The notes beneath the pieces are model-generated. The model worked only from the letters and a program-made list of their open reading frames with translations, searched no databases and was not told the DNA's origin. This document shows positions 23,217 through 33,308 of a DNA stretch of 64,000 bases, one piece after another. Both the position numbers and the translations under genes were made by a program. Within the stretch, counting starts at the first letter, position 1. Each line of letters starts with the position of its first letter. The DNA is from Nitrosopumilus sp. (GTDB lineage: Archaea > Thermoproteota > Nitrososphaeria > Nitrososphaerales > Nitrosopumilaceae): positions 1,376,001 to 1,440,000 of the forward strand of contig OY759726.1 of the NCBI GenBank assembly GCA_963662625.1, given 5' to 3'.

Positions 23217-25158
23217 CTTTCAACCTGATCTCTTTTTCTAGTCTTTTTATTCTATCGCGGCACTCTATGGCCCGCTCGAAGTCGAGCTCGTCCGAGTACT
23301 TCCTCATCTGCGCCTCCAGGCCGGCCACGTCGGCCTTCAGGTCGTGCGACGACTTTATCTTCGAGTCGTCCAGGGACGCCACCTGCTCTGGCACCGGCTT
23401 GGTTATCGTCCGCGGCGTGATGCCGTGTTCCCTGTTGTACAGGATCTGCTTCTTCCTGCGCCGCGCGGTCTCCTCCATCGCGTTCCTCATGGACTGGGTC
23501 ACGGAGTCGGCGTACATGATGACCGAGCCGTTGGAGTTGCGGGCGGCCCTGCCGAACGTCTGGATCAGGCTCGTGAAGTTCCTCAGGAACCCCTCCTTGT
23601 CGGCGTCCAGGATGGCGACGAGGGACACCTCGGGTATGTCCAGGCCCTCCCTGAGCAGGTTTATCCCCACCAGCACGTCGAACTCGCCCAGGCGCAGCTG
23701 CCTTATCAGCTCGGTCCTCTCCAGCCCCTCTATCTCGGAGTGCATGTACCTCACGCGGACCTGCTTCCTGGAGAGGTACTCTGCCAGGTCCTCGGCCATC
23801 CGCTTGGTCAGCGTGGTCACCAGGACGCGCTCGTCCCTCCCGGCCCTGGCCGATATCTCCCGGATGAGGTCGTCCATCTGGCCCCCCGTGGGCCTAGTCT
23901 CCACCACCGGGTCGAGCAGCCCTGTCGGCCTCACCACCTGCTCGGCGATCCTCTCTGACACCCTCCTCTCGTACCCGGACGGGGTGGCCGACACGAACAG
24001 CGCGTTCTTGATGTAGCCCTCGAACTCCTCGAACTTGAGCGGCCTGTTGTCGTACGCGCTGGGAAGCCTGAACCCGTACGTGACGAGCTCCTTCTTCCTG
24101 GAGTGGTCGCCCTTGTACATCCCGTGCAGCTGGGGCAGCGTCACGTGCGACTCGTCCACCACCAGCAGGTAGTCGTCGCCGAAAAAATCCATCAGGCAGA
24201 ACGCCTTCTGCCCGGGCTTCCTGCCGTCAAAGTGCCTGGAATAGTTCTCTATGCCGGAGCAGTACCCAAGCTCCTCTATCATCTCGAGGTCGTAGTTCGT
24301 CCTCGTCTCCAGCCTCTGCCTTTCCAGCTCGCTGAGCTGCGGGAGGCGACCCTCCAGCTCGTCCCTGATGGACGCCACCGCCCTGTCCCGCACGTCCCTG
24401 GCGACCAGGTAGTGCTTTGCCGGGAATATCCTCATCTGGGACACCCTGCGCTTCTCCGCCATGGATACGTGGTCGAGCAGCGCGATGCTCTCCACCTCGT
24501 CGCCGAACATGGATATCCTGACGACGTCCTCCGAGTACGCCGGGACCACGTCCAGCGTGTCGCCCCTCACCCTGAAGTTCCCGGGAGCCGGCTCCGTGTC
24601 GTTCCGCTCGTACCTGGCGTCGACGAGCCTCCTGATCAGGTCCTTCCGGGGGATCTCGCCGCCCTGCCTCACCGTGATCGACAGGTCCTTCCAGTCCTGC
24701 GGGTTGCCCAGCGAGTAGATGCACGACACCGTCGAGACTATGATCGTGGGCTCGCCCGACAGCAGCATCGCGGTGGCCTCCAGGCGCAGCTTCTCGATCT
24801 TCTCGTTGACCTGGGTGTCCTTCTCGATGTAGGTGTCTGTCTGCGGTATGTAGCTCTCAGGCTGGTAGTAGTCGTAGTATGACACGAAATACCCCACGTT
24901 GTTCCTGGGGAAGAACTGCTTCAGTTCGGCGTACAGCTGGGCCGCCAGGGTCTTGTTGTGCGATACCACCAGCGCGTTCTTCCCGGTCCTGGCCACCACG
25001 TTCGCCACCGTGAACGTCTTGCCGCTCCCGGTGACGCCCAGCAGCGTCTGCACGCTGCCCCTGTCCACGCCGCCGACCAGGGCGTCTATCGCCTGGGGCT
25101 GGTCGCCCGTGGGGGCGAACTCCGAGTGCAGTTCAAACCTCGCGCCGTGCCGCAACAC
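23203..25158 (-). CDS. uvrB: Excinuclease ABC subunit B
   Basis: GVTGSGKT, YYDYYQPE, DESH, GINLLREGLD, C-terminal UVR domain. Confidence 0.97.
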   Translation of the reverse strand: MLRHGARFELHSEFAPTGDQPQAIDALVGGVDRGSVQTLLGVTGSGKTFTVANVVARTGKNALVVSHNKTLAAQLYAELKQFFPRNNVGYFVSYYDYYQPESYIPQTDTYIEKDTQVNEKIEKLRLEATAMLLSGEPTIIVSTVSCIYSLGNPQDWKDLSITVRQGGEIPRKDLIRRLVDARYERNDTEPAPGNFRVRGDTLDVVPAYSEDVVRISMFGDEVESIALLDHVSMAEKRRVSQMRIFPAKHYLVARDVRDRAVASIRDELEGRLPQLSELERQRLETRTNYDLEMIEELGYCSGIENYSRHFDGRKPGQKAFCLMDFFGDDYLLVVDESHVTLPQLHGMYKGDHSRKKELVTYGFRLPSAYDNRPLKFEEFEGYIKNALFVSATPSGYERRVSERIAEQVVRPTGLLDPVVETRPTGGQMDDLIREISARAGRDERVLVTTLTKRMAEDLAEYLSRKQVRVRYMHSEIEGLERTELIRQLRLGEFDVLVGINLLREGLDIPEVSLVAILDADKEGFLRNFTSLIQTFGRAARNSNGSVIMYADSVTQSMRNAMEETARRRKKQILYNREHGITPRTITKPVPEQVASLDDSKIKSSHDLKADVAGLEAQMRKYSDELDFERAIECRDRIKRLEKEIRLKDGRK

Positions 25159-25202
25159 ACGGGATCCTCGCGGACTGAATTTAAAGCAATGTCGCGGCGC
25201 GG

Positions 25203-25835
25203 CTACCAGGACGGCTCGTCTACCATCCTGACGCCGTCCCCGGCCACCTCGAAGCCCATGATCTCCAGCGTGGCCCTGGCCCCGGGGGAGCCCCTCGCGA
25301 GGATCTTCTGCGCCAGGGCCGCCCTGTCGCGCCGGGAGCGGTTCTGGCCTATCTTGTACTTGCCGTGGATCGTCTCGGGCACCAGCTTGATCACCGCCAC
25401 CGCGTCCAGGACCCTGGACCCGGGGCCCACCGGCTCGTAGCGCCCCTCGGGCTGGTATTTCCGCATCAGGCCGTTCAGCGCCGACGCCTTCTCGCCCCTG
25501 TCGGCCACGACCGACGCGGCCCCCTTCATGACGACGCTGACGTACAGCGTGTCCGCAAGCGAGGCGTCGCGCGGATCCTCAAAGTATGACGGGAGGAACT
25601 CCAGCTCCCTGTCCACCTCGAAGCCCGCCCTGGGGTTCCTGGCGATGTTGTCCAGCTTCTCGCCGCGGACGTGGGAGTGCATGTATACCGCGCCGTCCAG
25701 GAAGGCAAAGTTCATCGGTATCACCTGCGGGTAGCCGTCCCCGTCGATGGTGGCTATCCGCCCCACGTGTTCCTGGTGGAGGAACTCCCTTATCCTGTCC
25801 TGGGACTTTATCCGCAGGGCAGACGTCAGCCGCAA
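25203..25835 (-). CDS. Pyridoxamine 5'-phosphate oxidase-like / NimA-type flavin-binding protein
   Basis: VGRIAT...YPQVIPMNF...YMHS...GEKLDNI, YVSVV, GKYKIGQN; TTG start inferred. Confidence 0.8.
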   Translation of the reverse strand: MRLTSALRIKSQDRIREFLHQEHVGRIATIDGDGYPQVIPMNFAFLDGAVYMHSHVRGEKLDNIARNPRAGFEVDRELEFLPSYFEDPRDASLADTLYVSVVMKGAASVVADRGEKASALNGLMRKYQPEGRYEPVGPGSRVLDAVAVIKLVPETIHGKYKIGQNRSRRDRAALAQKILARGSPGARATLEIMGFEVAGDGVRMVDEPSW

Positions 25836-25869
25836 TAACGGGCAGGCCGCGCGCATCACTATTAAACCA

Positions 25870-26080
25870 AGCTGGGGGAGACTGGCACGTCGTCAGATCC
25901 ACAACATGTGGCAACTGCGCCTGGATGGTAGCGTGGATGATGCCGCGGCATGACTACGTCCAGCACGCGTCAGGCCCCATGCAGCCACAGCAGGGAAGGT
26001 GGCGATGGGGCAGGCGCGTGGCCATGCGGCGCGCCCCGCGGTGCCTTCGGGAGTGGGATCCGACACATTTCACTTAACCG
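25870..26080 (+). mobile_element. Degraded end of an ISH3-like element
   Basis: GGATCCGACACATTTCACTTAACCG (26056-26080) matches the reverse complement of the terminus at 3526 at 20/25; left boundary approximate. Confidence 0.55.
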
Positions 26081-26126
26081 CGTTTTCCAAATGGTTCATA
26101 TAACACAGCCTGTCTAGGCATGCGGT

Positions 26127-27104
26127 TTGCCTGTGAAAACACTACTGCTCCTAGCTATGGTGCTAGTTACGTCAGGAATTGCATCTGCAGCACCCGTGCA
26201 TGCACAGGGGCAACAGGACGCGTCCACCGATTTCACAACAAACATAATCAAATGTCAAAAAGACAGCTGGAATGACTATGAATTACAGTATTCAATCACG
26301 AACAATACGCCCCGTGCAGTAGAAAATATGTGGGTGACATACCTGCTGGCTGACTCCGAGGGCAGCGTAGTAAACGTGCGTTCCGATAACTTACTTTATG
26401 GCTTGAATCTCCAACCAACTCAAACTGCCTACAAGAGCGACTATGCGGGATTCTCTATAACCACGCCCGGCTATGACTGTAAAATAACCATCCAAAGTGT
26501 AGAGTATAAGGACATGGCGCCGCCACCCACAGACTGTGATCCTTCATATCCCGACGTGTGCATTCCGTCACCCCCGCCCGACTTAGACTGTCATGACATC
26601 GCATACGCTAACTTTAAGGTTGTGGGAAATGATCCCCATGATTTTGATGGGGATGGCGACGGCACCGGATGTGAAACAAGCGTGGTGGACGTAATAAACG
26701 CCCTCACGCAAAGGATCGTCTCACTTGAGGGCCTGATAGCGGATCTTACGGCACGAATAGCCGCACTTGAAACAGGCACAACCGCACCGCAGACATTGGT
26801 TACCGGAACCGTGTTTAGGGATGCCAACGGCAATGGGATCATGGATGCGGACGAAAGTGGGTTATCTGGGGTTGGAATGGTGGCAGTAGGCCTGGCCGAC
26901 CCGAACAACCCCTCCAGAACAACCACGGATTCGGAGGGCAGATATTCTTTTAAAGCGAAACCCGCGCCTGCAACAACATTGATACAAACCACGGTGTCCA
27001 CAGTCAACCTTACGCTTACCACCGACTGGTATACGTACGCAAGCCCACAAGAAGGCACAACCGTGACATTTGACATTGGGTTCAGGCACTGGACCGGGCC
27101 ATGA
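26127..27104 (+). CDS. Secreted modular protein: signal peptide, Ig-like segment, Excalibur-like Cys/Ca-binding motif, coiled coil, SdrD-B-like domain
   Basis: CDPSYPDVCIP...DLDC...DGDGDGTGCE; GTVFRDANGNG; visibly lower GC than neighbours. Confidence 0.75.
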   Translation: MPVKTLLLLAMVLVTSGIASAAPVHAQGQQDASTDFTTNIIKCQKDSWNDYELQYSITNNTPRAVENMWVTYLLADSEGSVVNVRSDNLLYGLNLQPTQTAYKSDYAGFSITTPGYDCKITIQSVEYKDMAPPPTDCDPSYPDVCIPSPPPDLDCHDIAYANFKVVGNDPHDFDGDGDGTGCETSVVDVINALTQRIVSLEGLIADLTARIAALETGTTAPQTLVTGTVFRDANGNGIMDADESGLSGVGMVAVGLADPNNPSRTTTDSEGRYSFKAKPAPATTLIQTTVSTVNLTLTTDWYTYASPQEGTTVTFDIGFRHWTGP

Positions 27105-27390
27105 CCTTCCAAAATAACTTAGTCGGTACTGCTAGCATGATCCTGTAGGTGTGACACGCGCGGCCGCCGGGCCGCAAGCAGGCCACAGCGTGGGTGCCGG
27201 TGCGGTGCCGCATCATGGAGGAAAGCGGCCTGCCCGCGCCCCCGCTGCAAAATCTGGGGGGTGCGGGCGGACACGCTACTGGCGCAGGAACTCCAACGCC
27301 GCGCGGCGCATCCCCCGGTACGCCATGAGGGGCGGCTCGCCGTGCTGGGTTGGCGGGAAGGGCGTCCGAGGGCTTGGTGACTTCTGACCG

Positions 27391-27408
27391 GCGCACTTTC
27401 AACTGCTT
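27391..27408. mobile_element. Possible degraded ISH3 terminal repeat
   Basis: GCGCACTTTCAACTGCTT versus GTACATTTTCAACTACTG (reverse complement of the 51594 end), 13/18, with 4 of 5 mismatches T>C or A>G. Confidence 0.35.
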
Positions 27409-27454
27409 GGCTCCGCCGCGGAAACCGCGCGCGGGGGCCGCGGCCCCCGGGCTG

Positions 27455-28552
27455 TCACTTCCTGGCCTTTTCGCGCAGCACCGGCATCACGCTGCTGGCA
27501 AACTTGTCGATCGATCCAAAGTAGTTCTTGCCCCAGAACCTGATCACGAAGTGGTTCACCCCAGCGTCCATGAACCTCTCGAAGGTCGGTATCACGTCGT
27601 CGGGCGTGCCCACGGCGGTGGACGAGCGCGCCACGGGCTCCGGGATCTTCGTCGCCGCCTCCCTCATCTTCACGATCCAGTCCTGGTTGGACATCGAGTA
27701 CTCAGTAAAGTACTTCCTGAAATCAAAGCCCTCGATCTCCTTCAGCCCGTGCACCCTGAGTATCTCGGGCTTGAACAGGCTCACCTTCACCGCCTCCTTC
27801 ATCCTTGCCCACGACTCTTCGGCGTCCTCCGAAAAGTAGACGTCGATGTCGAGCGCGTACTGGAAGCTGTCCTTCTCCTCCTGCGTCCTGCCGGCCTCGT
27901 CCATGGCCTTCTGGATCTGCCTGGCGTGGTCCTCGAACAGTTCCGGGGTATACCCTATCGGCAGCCACCCGTCGCCCAGCTTCCCGGTAAGCGCGAGCGT
28001 GCGCTTGCCGCCAGACGCCATGTACGTCGGGGGCCGCGGCTTCCTGATGGGCGGGGCCTGCAGGCACGCGCCCTTCAGCTGGTAGTATTTCCCGTCATAG
28101 TCGACCGTGTTCTTCGGGGTCGACCCGTACAGCGTGTGTATGGTCTCGATCTGCTCCTCCCACTTCGAGACCGGCTTTTCGAACGGGATGCAGAACTCCT
28201 TGAGGTTCTGGGCCTCCCCCGCGCCTATCCCGAGGATGGCCCTCCCCTTCGATATCCTGTCAAGCGTGATCGCGGCCAGCGCTATGTTCGACGGGTGGCG
28301 CCTGATGGCGTCGGTCACGCACGTCCCGATCTCCACGTTGTTGGTAACTGCCGCGATGGCCGAGAGCATCACCCACGGGTCCAGGACTATGGCGTTGGTC
28401 CACTGCGGCACGTTCGTGTGGTCCATGTAGAATATGGAATCGTACCCAGTCTTGTCCGCAAGCATGCACGCGGTGAGTATCTGGTCCTCCGTGTACCCGG
28501 CCCTTGCCACGTTGAGCCCGTTCTGGATGCCGAACTTTATGCCGCCTGCCAT
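27455..28552 (-). CDS. LLM-class (luciferase-like, probably F420-dependent) oxidoreductase
   Basis: GYDSIFYMDH, LDPWVMLSAIAA, LDRISKGRAILGIGAG, GDGWLP. Confidence 0.88.
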   Translation of the reverse strand: MAGGIKFGIQNGLNVARAGYTEDQILTACMLADKTGYDSIFYMDHTNVPQWTNAIVLDPWVMLSAIAAVTNNVEIGTCVTDAIRRHPSNIALAAITLDRISKGRAILGIGAGEAQNLKEFCIPFEKPVSKWEEQIETIHTLYGSTPKNTVDYDGKYYQLKGACLQAPPIRKPRPPTYMASGGKRTLALTGKLGDGWLPIGYTPELFEDHARQIQKAMDEAGRTQEEKDSFQYALDIDVYFSEDAEESWARMKEAVKVSLFKPEILRVHGLKEIEGFDFRKYFTEYSMSNQDWIVKMREAATKIPEPVARSSTAVGTPDDVIPTFERFMDAGVNHFVIRFWGKNYFGSIDKFASSVMPVLREKARK

Positions 28553-28654
28553 GTAACATTACGGTAAATTTCTAGGTAAATAAGTTTAAGTCCAGGCGTG
28601 AGGGCCGCGCGATCCGGCGCGCCGTGGCGGAAACGGAAAAACGCGCGCCGGGAT

Positions 28655-29599
28655 TCAGAGGTTGCCGGCCTTGATGTCCTCTAGGCACCTCACCACGTCC
28701 TCCTTGGTGATCGGGACCGGGTTGGGATCCAGGTGGCCCCTGTCTGTCATCACCACGTCGGCGGCCTCGTGCACGTCTGCCTTGAGATCAAGCCTGTCGA
28801 AGCCGAGCTTCCCCATGGCCTCCTTGAACCGGTCGTAGAAGACGGACTTGTTGTGCCTGTGCGCCACCGTGGTGCAGGAGGACAGCGAGTAGCCGTGCGG
28901 TATGCCCTCGTTTGAGAACGCGTAGGACAGCGCGTGCCCCAGGGTGGTGGAGCAGTTGCCAAAGCCCATGCCGGACAGCATCGAGCCGTACGGGTACATC
29001 TCGGGCTTGTCGTTCATTATGGCGTCATACAGGATGTCGAACGCCGTCTTGCACAGCGTCCTGGTCAGGTCGTTGCCGAGCTTGCTGTCGTAGCCCTCCG
29101 TCGCCTGCGCGCACGCGTCGCACACGGAGTTCTTGATGACCTGCTCGGGGGTGCCAGACATGAAGTACGAGTCCACGACTGCCATGTCGGCCATGAACCT
29201 GTCCTCGTGGAGGAGCTTCTTCTTGCCGTCGAACTTCAGCACGCAGTAGGTGGTCATCTCGGCCCCGGTCCCGAACGTGGTCGGTATCAGGATCTTCTCC
29301 TTCTTCATCTCGGGCGCGGCGTACTTTACCACGTCCATCGAGCTCCCGCCACCGAGCCCGATCAGCACCGACGGGTCCCTCTCCTTGAACTGCGAGATGA
29401 CTGCGTTGACGTCGTCGATCGACGGCTCCGGCGTCACCTTGTCGTACAGCATGTAGTCCTGGATCCCCATCTTGGCAAGCCACTTGTCGGAGAGCTCCGG
29501 CGGCACCGTGGTCACCACCAGGGCGTTCCTGGGGTACTCCGTCTGGCCCAGCGCGTCCTCCCCGAAGTTGATGACCTTGGGAATTCGCACGGTATCCAT
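28655..29599 (-). CDS. Iron-containing alcohol dehydrogenase, likely malonic semialdehyde reductase of the thaumarchaeal 3HP/4HB cycle
   Basis: GLGGGSSMD, IPTTFGTGAE, GHALSY, HG metal ligands; specific function assigned from recalled similarity to the Nitrosopumilus enzyme. Confidence 0.75.
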   Translation of the reverse strand: MDTVRIPKVINFGEDALGQTEYPRNALVVTTVPPELSDKWLAKMGIQDYMLYDKVTPEPSIDDVNAVISQFKERDPSVLIGLGGGSSMDVVKYAAPEMKKEKILIPTTFGTGAEMTTYCVLKFDGKKKLLHEDRFMADMAVVDSYFMSGTPEQVIKNSVCDACAQATEGYDSKLGNDLTRTLCKTAFDILYDAIMNDKPEMYPYGSMLSGMGFGNCSTTLGHALSYAFSNEGIPHGYSLSSCTTVAHRHNKSVFYDRFKEAMGKLGFDRLDLKADVHEAADVVMTDRGHLDPNPVPITKEDVVRCLEDIKAGNL

Positions 29600-29653
29600 G
29601 GATCAGTGGCGTCATTGATTATTATTATATCTTGCATTGGCGGGTGCATATGC

Positions 29654-30931
29654 ATGATTATCCGGAATTTCTCGGATCTCGCGACGTCCGGGAGGCGGCG
29701 GAAGTGCCTGGAGATCCTGGAGGCGGGGCTGGCGGCGGCCGATCCCGCGGGCATCCTGCCCAGGTACGTCAAGAGGACGCACATAGACGCCGGCGGGAGG
29801 CGGATCGACCTGCCCGGGTACTCCGGGGTCTACACCGTGGCGTTTGGCAAGGCGGCCGACTCCATGACCCGGGCGGTCAACGCGGCAGCCCCGGTGCGCG
29901 CCGGCGTCATAGTGATGCCCAGGGGCTCCAGGTCGCTGATCCTGGGGAGGAAGTTCAAGATATTCAACGCCGGCCACCCCCGGCCGGACGGGACCAGCGT
30001 GAGGGCCGCAAGGGAGACGGTCAAGTTCCTGCGCAACAGGAGGCACGGGGACCTGGTGGTGTTCCTGGTGTCGGGCGGCGCATCGGCCCTCCTCGCGATG
30101 CCAGACGGCGTGGCCCTCGACGACAAGATCCGGGTCACCGACCTCCTGCTGCGGTCCGGCGCCACGATCCGGGAGTTCAACTGCGTCAGGAAGCACCTCT
30201 CGGGGATAAAGGGCGGCAGGCTGGTCGCGGGCCTGAAATGCCACGCGGTCGCCCTCGTGATGTCCGACGTCGAGGGCGACGACGTCTCGACGATAGCCTC
30301 GGGGACCACGTCGATGGATCCCACCACGTTCCAGGACGCGGTGGACGTCATAAGGAAGTACGGCCTGCAGCGGAGGATCCCGCCGGAGGCGTGGGGGGTG
30401 CTCGAGGACGGGCTGTGCGGGAGGCGGCCCGAGACCCCGAAGGAGGGGTCCGTGCCACACCACGTCGTAGCCGGCAACGGCACCTGCCTGGACGCGATGC
30501 GCCGGAAGGCCGGGGAGCTGGGCTACGAGGCAGACACGATCCGGGTGTCCGGGGACATCAAGGACGCCGTAAGGGAGGTGGCCGGGAGGATCCCCCAGGA
30601 GGAGGGCAGGTGCCTGCTGTTTGGCGGGGAGACCACCGTCAGGGTCCTGGGCAGGGGGATGGGGGGAAGGAACCACGAGATGGTCCTGCGGCTGCTGAAG
30701 AACTCGCAGAGGTGCAAGAGGGTGGCCATCGCGTCGATCGGCACCGACGGCATCGACGGCAACACGCCGTTCGCGGGCGCAATAACCGAGAACGTCAGGA
30801 CGGACCCGGAGGCCATAAAGGGGTTCCTCAGGGACAGCGACTCCGGGAGGTTCTTCCAGAAGCAGAACGCAAACATCTCCACTGGCCCCACCCACACCAA
30901 CCTGATGGACATCGGGGTGGTGCTGAGGTGA
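29654..30931 (+). CDS. Glycerate 2-kinase (MOFRL/DUF4147 family)
   Basis: FGKAA, GHPRPD, LVSGGASAL, VRKHLSGIKGG, GGETTV, GTDGIDG, TGPTHTNLMD. Confidence 0.9.
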   Translation: MIIRNFSDLATSGRRRKCLEILEAGLAAADPAGILPRYVKRTHIDAGGRRIDLPGYSGVYTVAFGKAADSMTRAVNAAAPVRAGVIVMPRGSRSLILGRKFKIFNAGHPRPDGTSVRAARETVKFLRNRRHGDLVVFLVSGGASALLAMPDGVALDDKIRVTDLLLRSGATIREFNCVRKHLSGIKGGRLVAGLKCHAVALVMSDVEGDDVSTIASGTTSMDPTTFQDAVDVIRKYGLQRRIPPEAWGVLEDGLCGRRPETPKEGSVPHHVVAGNGTCLDAMRRKAGELGYEADTIRVSGDIKDAVREVAGRIPQEEGRCLLFGGETTVRVLGRGMGGRNHEMVLRLLKNSQRCKRVAIASIGTDGIDGNTPFAGAITENVRTDPEAIKGFLRDSDSGRFFQKQNANISTGPTHTNLMDIGVVLR

Positions 30932-31069
30932 GCCCAGCGGGAGCCGCTTTAAACGCCGCTTAAAAACGGGGCCGCGGTTCAACGGACGTTTGGGAAACGT
31001 CCAGCCACGCGGCCATGTTTAATGCAACGCGCCGGCGGGCTTGAAATACCACGGCCGCGCACTATTCCC

Positions 31070-31162
31070 ATGGCAAGGATGATCGAGGACGACTGCGGGG
31101 ATCCCTCGTGCGGGTGCAGGCGCCACGCCACGCGGTCCAGAAGGGGGAGCGTGAGGGGGTAG
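31070..31162 (+). CDS. Putative 30-aa Cys/His microprotein (MARMIEDDCGDPSCGCRRH...)
   Basis: ATG about 20 nt after TTGAAATA; its stop abuts the Lrp start at 31163; below the ORF-track size cutoff. Confidence 0.45.
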   Translation: MARMIEDDCGDPSCGCRRHATRSRRGSVRG

Positions 31163-31408
31163 TTGGAGGTAGCATACGTGCTCGTCCAGTGCGACCTGGG
31201 ATCCGAGGAGGACGTCATCCGGCAGATAATGGAGATCGGCGACGCGAGGGAGGTCAGGGGGACGTACGGCATATACGACGTGTTCTGCAAGGTGGAGTCA
31301 GAGTCCACCGAGGCGCTCAACGAGGCGATCACCAACAGGATCAGGAAGATCCCGAAGATAAGGTCGACCATAACGCTGCGCTCCATCCCGTCGCAGGGGG
31401 GAAGGTGA
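31163..31408 (+). CDS. Stand-alone Lrp/AsnC ligand-binding (RAM) domain protein
   Basis: AYVLV, GTYGIYDVFCKVE, IRKIPKIRSTITL. Confidence 0.85.
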   Translation: MEVAYVLVQCDLGSEEDVIRQIMEIGDAREVRGTYGIYDVFCKVESESTEALNEAITNRIRKIPKIRSTITLRSIPSQGGR

Positions 31409-31409
31409 C

Positions 31410-31646
31410 GTGCTCGAGAGGCAGTTTGACGCGAGCCTCCTGTACAACAGGATAGTGCACTACTACGTCGACAAGAAGGGCCTCACGAAGGAGAGGGCAA
31501 ACGCCATCGCCCAGGCAGTGGTGCTGAGGGAGTCCCAAAGGAGGATCTGCAAGGGCGGCGACTGCGGGCACTTTTCGCACGACCACCTGAGGAACTCCGG
31601 GGCGTGCCTGGTGCAGGGCTGCGGCTGCGGCGGGTTCTCTAGGTAA
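31410..31646 (+). CDS. Small protein with C-terminal Cys/His zinc-binding motif
   Basis: ICxxxxCGHxxxxH...CxxxxCxC. Confidence 0.7.
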   Translation: MLERQFDASLLYNRIVHYYVDKKGLTKERANAIAQAVVLRESQRRICKGGDCGHFSHDHLRNSGACLVQGCGCGGFSR

Positions 31647-32619
31647 AGTCGTCAAGCGAGACCCCGTCGAGCGGCCGCGCGCTGATCCCCAGCCCGCGCA
31701 GCGACTGCGCGAACTCCTCGACGAACCCGTGGACGGTGTACACCTGCTCGGCGCCGGAGGCCACCACCATGTCCACCAGCTCCGGGAAGTCGCAGTGGTC
31801 GCTCAGCGGGAACGTATAGTCGGCGCCCCTGCCGAACGCGAACCTCTTGGACTGCGCCCACCCGCTAAAGCCGATCGTCACCGCGCCGTACCCCCCGCGC
31901 ATCTCCGAGAGGAACCTGCTCCTTGACGGCATCATGGGGGCGATCATCATCCACGGCTTCTTCTCTAGCAGCCCCCTTTCCATGGCCTCCGAGTGGCCCG
32001 TCCCCCCCGGCAGGGGGATCCCGAGCCTCTGGTGGAGCGCGTTCACCCGCATCACCGAGTCGTGCAGGTACAGGGGCCCCCAGTGCCCGAAGAGCTGGGT
32101 CAGGGTCTGGGCCTTGCCCAGCGAGTACCCGAGCAGGATCACGGGTATCCCCCTGCCGTACAGCCCGGACACCAGCTCGTTCACGCGCCTCTGGACCTCG
32201 GCCGTCCCCGGGAACACGAACTCCGGCAGCCCGAAAGTGCACTCGGTGATGAGCGTCTTGCACCTGGGGACCCTGGCGCCCCTGAGGAACCCGCGGTCGC
32301 GAGTGCAGATGTCGCCGGTATAGAATATGCCGTCGAAGAGGAGCCCCCTTGCCCCCAGCACGTGCCCCGTGTCCACCAGGGAGAAACCGTCCAGCCGCTC
32401 GACGTGGCCCCGCATGTCTACCCCGCGTAGGCCGGCGATCTCGGCGGTCTCCCGCGACGCCAGTATGGTCCCGCCGGTCCTGGACGGGAGGTGGTCGGAG
32501 TGGGCGTGGGACACAAAGTGCACGTCCCCGGCGCCGGCGTTCCTGGGATCCAGGCGCACCCGCCTGCCGTTGGGGGTGCACAGGATGCCGTTTTTTGTCA
32601 TCCGGACGGGGCCTGCCAA
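31639..32619 (-). CDS. Metallo-beta-lactamase fold (beta-CASP-like) nuclease
   Basis: SHAHSDH, GHVLG, YTGD, ECTFGLP, LSDHCDF, VHG. Confidence 0.85.
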   Translation of the reverse strand: MAGPVRMTKNGILCTPNGRRVRLDPRNAGAGDVHFVSHAHSDHLPSRTGGTILASRETAEIAGLRGVDMRGHVERLDGFSLVDTGHVLGARGLLFDGIFYTGDICTRDRGFLRGARVPRCKTLITECTFGLPEFVFPGTAEVQRRVNELVSGLYGRGIPVILLGYSLGKAQTLTQLFGHWGPLYLHDSVMRVNALHQRLGIPLPGGTGHSEAMERGLLEKKPWMMIAPMMPSRSRFLSEMRGGYGAVTIGFSGWAQSKRFAFGRGADYTFPLSDHCDFPELVDMVVASGAEQVYTVHGFVEEFAQSLRGLGISARPLDGVSLDDFT

Positions 32620-32677
32620 TGCCAGACAGGGCTAGCGGATTTGATATAAATTGCCGGATTTGCCAAGTATTGACCAG

Positions 32678-33295
32678 TTGCTAAATCTGGGGATTTTGAT
32701 TTCGGGTCGCGGGAGCAACATGGAGGCCATCGTGAGGTCCGCGAGGGACGGCGGCATCCCGGCCAACCCCGCGGTGGTGGTGTCAAACAGGCCCGACGCG
32801 GCGGGGCTGGGCGCCGCGGAGCGCCTGGGCGTCAGGACGGCGGTGGTCGAGAGCAGGGGGTTCGGGGGGAGCAGGCAGGAATACGACCGGCTGGTCGCCG
32901 ACGAGCTTGCGAGCAACGGGGTCACCCCGGATGGAGGGCTCGTGTGCCTGGCGGGGTTCATGAGGATACTGGGCCCCGAGTTCGTCAGGACGTACAAAGG
33001 CAGGGTGATCAACGTGCACCCGGCGCTGCTGCCCGCGTTCCCGGGCCTGGACGCCCAAAGGCAGGCCCTGGACTACGGAGTCAGGTATTCGGGCTGCACC
33101 GTCCACTTTGTGGATCCCGGGGTCGACACGGGGCCCATAATCCTGCAGGAGGCAGTCGAGGTCCTGGAGGGGGACACCGTGGAGGCGCTGTCCGAAAGGA
33201 TCCTTGCAAGGGAGCACGTGGCGTACCCGGAGGCGGTGAGGCTGTTCGCGCTGGGCAGGCTCAGGGTCTCCGGGCGCAGGGTGATCGTAGGCTGA
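32678..33295 (+). CDS. purN: Phosphoribosylglycinamide formyltransferase
   Basis: ISGRGSNM, LAGFMRIL, NVHPALLP, GCTVHFV, DTGPII. Confidence 0.95.
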   Translation: MLNLGILISGRGSNMEAIVRSARDGGIPANPAVVVSNRPDAAGLGAAERLGVRTAVVESRGFGGSRQEYDRLVADELASNGVTPDGGLVCLAGFMRILGPEFVRTYKGRVINVHPALLPAFPGLDAQRQALDYGVRYSGCTVHFVDPGVDTGPIILQEAVEVLEGDTVEALSERILAREHVAYPEAVRLFALGRLRVSGRRVIVG

Positions 33296-33308
33296 TCCCG
33301 GGGGCGCG

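Noticed and set aside
28934-29653. 665-aa glycerate kinase with a long N-terminus
   Set aside because: The extension is antisense to the Fe-ADH gene and crosses the divergent promoter; the plausible start is ATG 29654.
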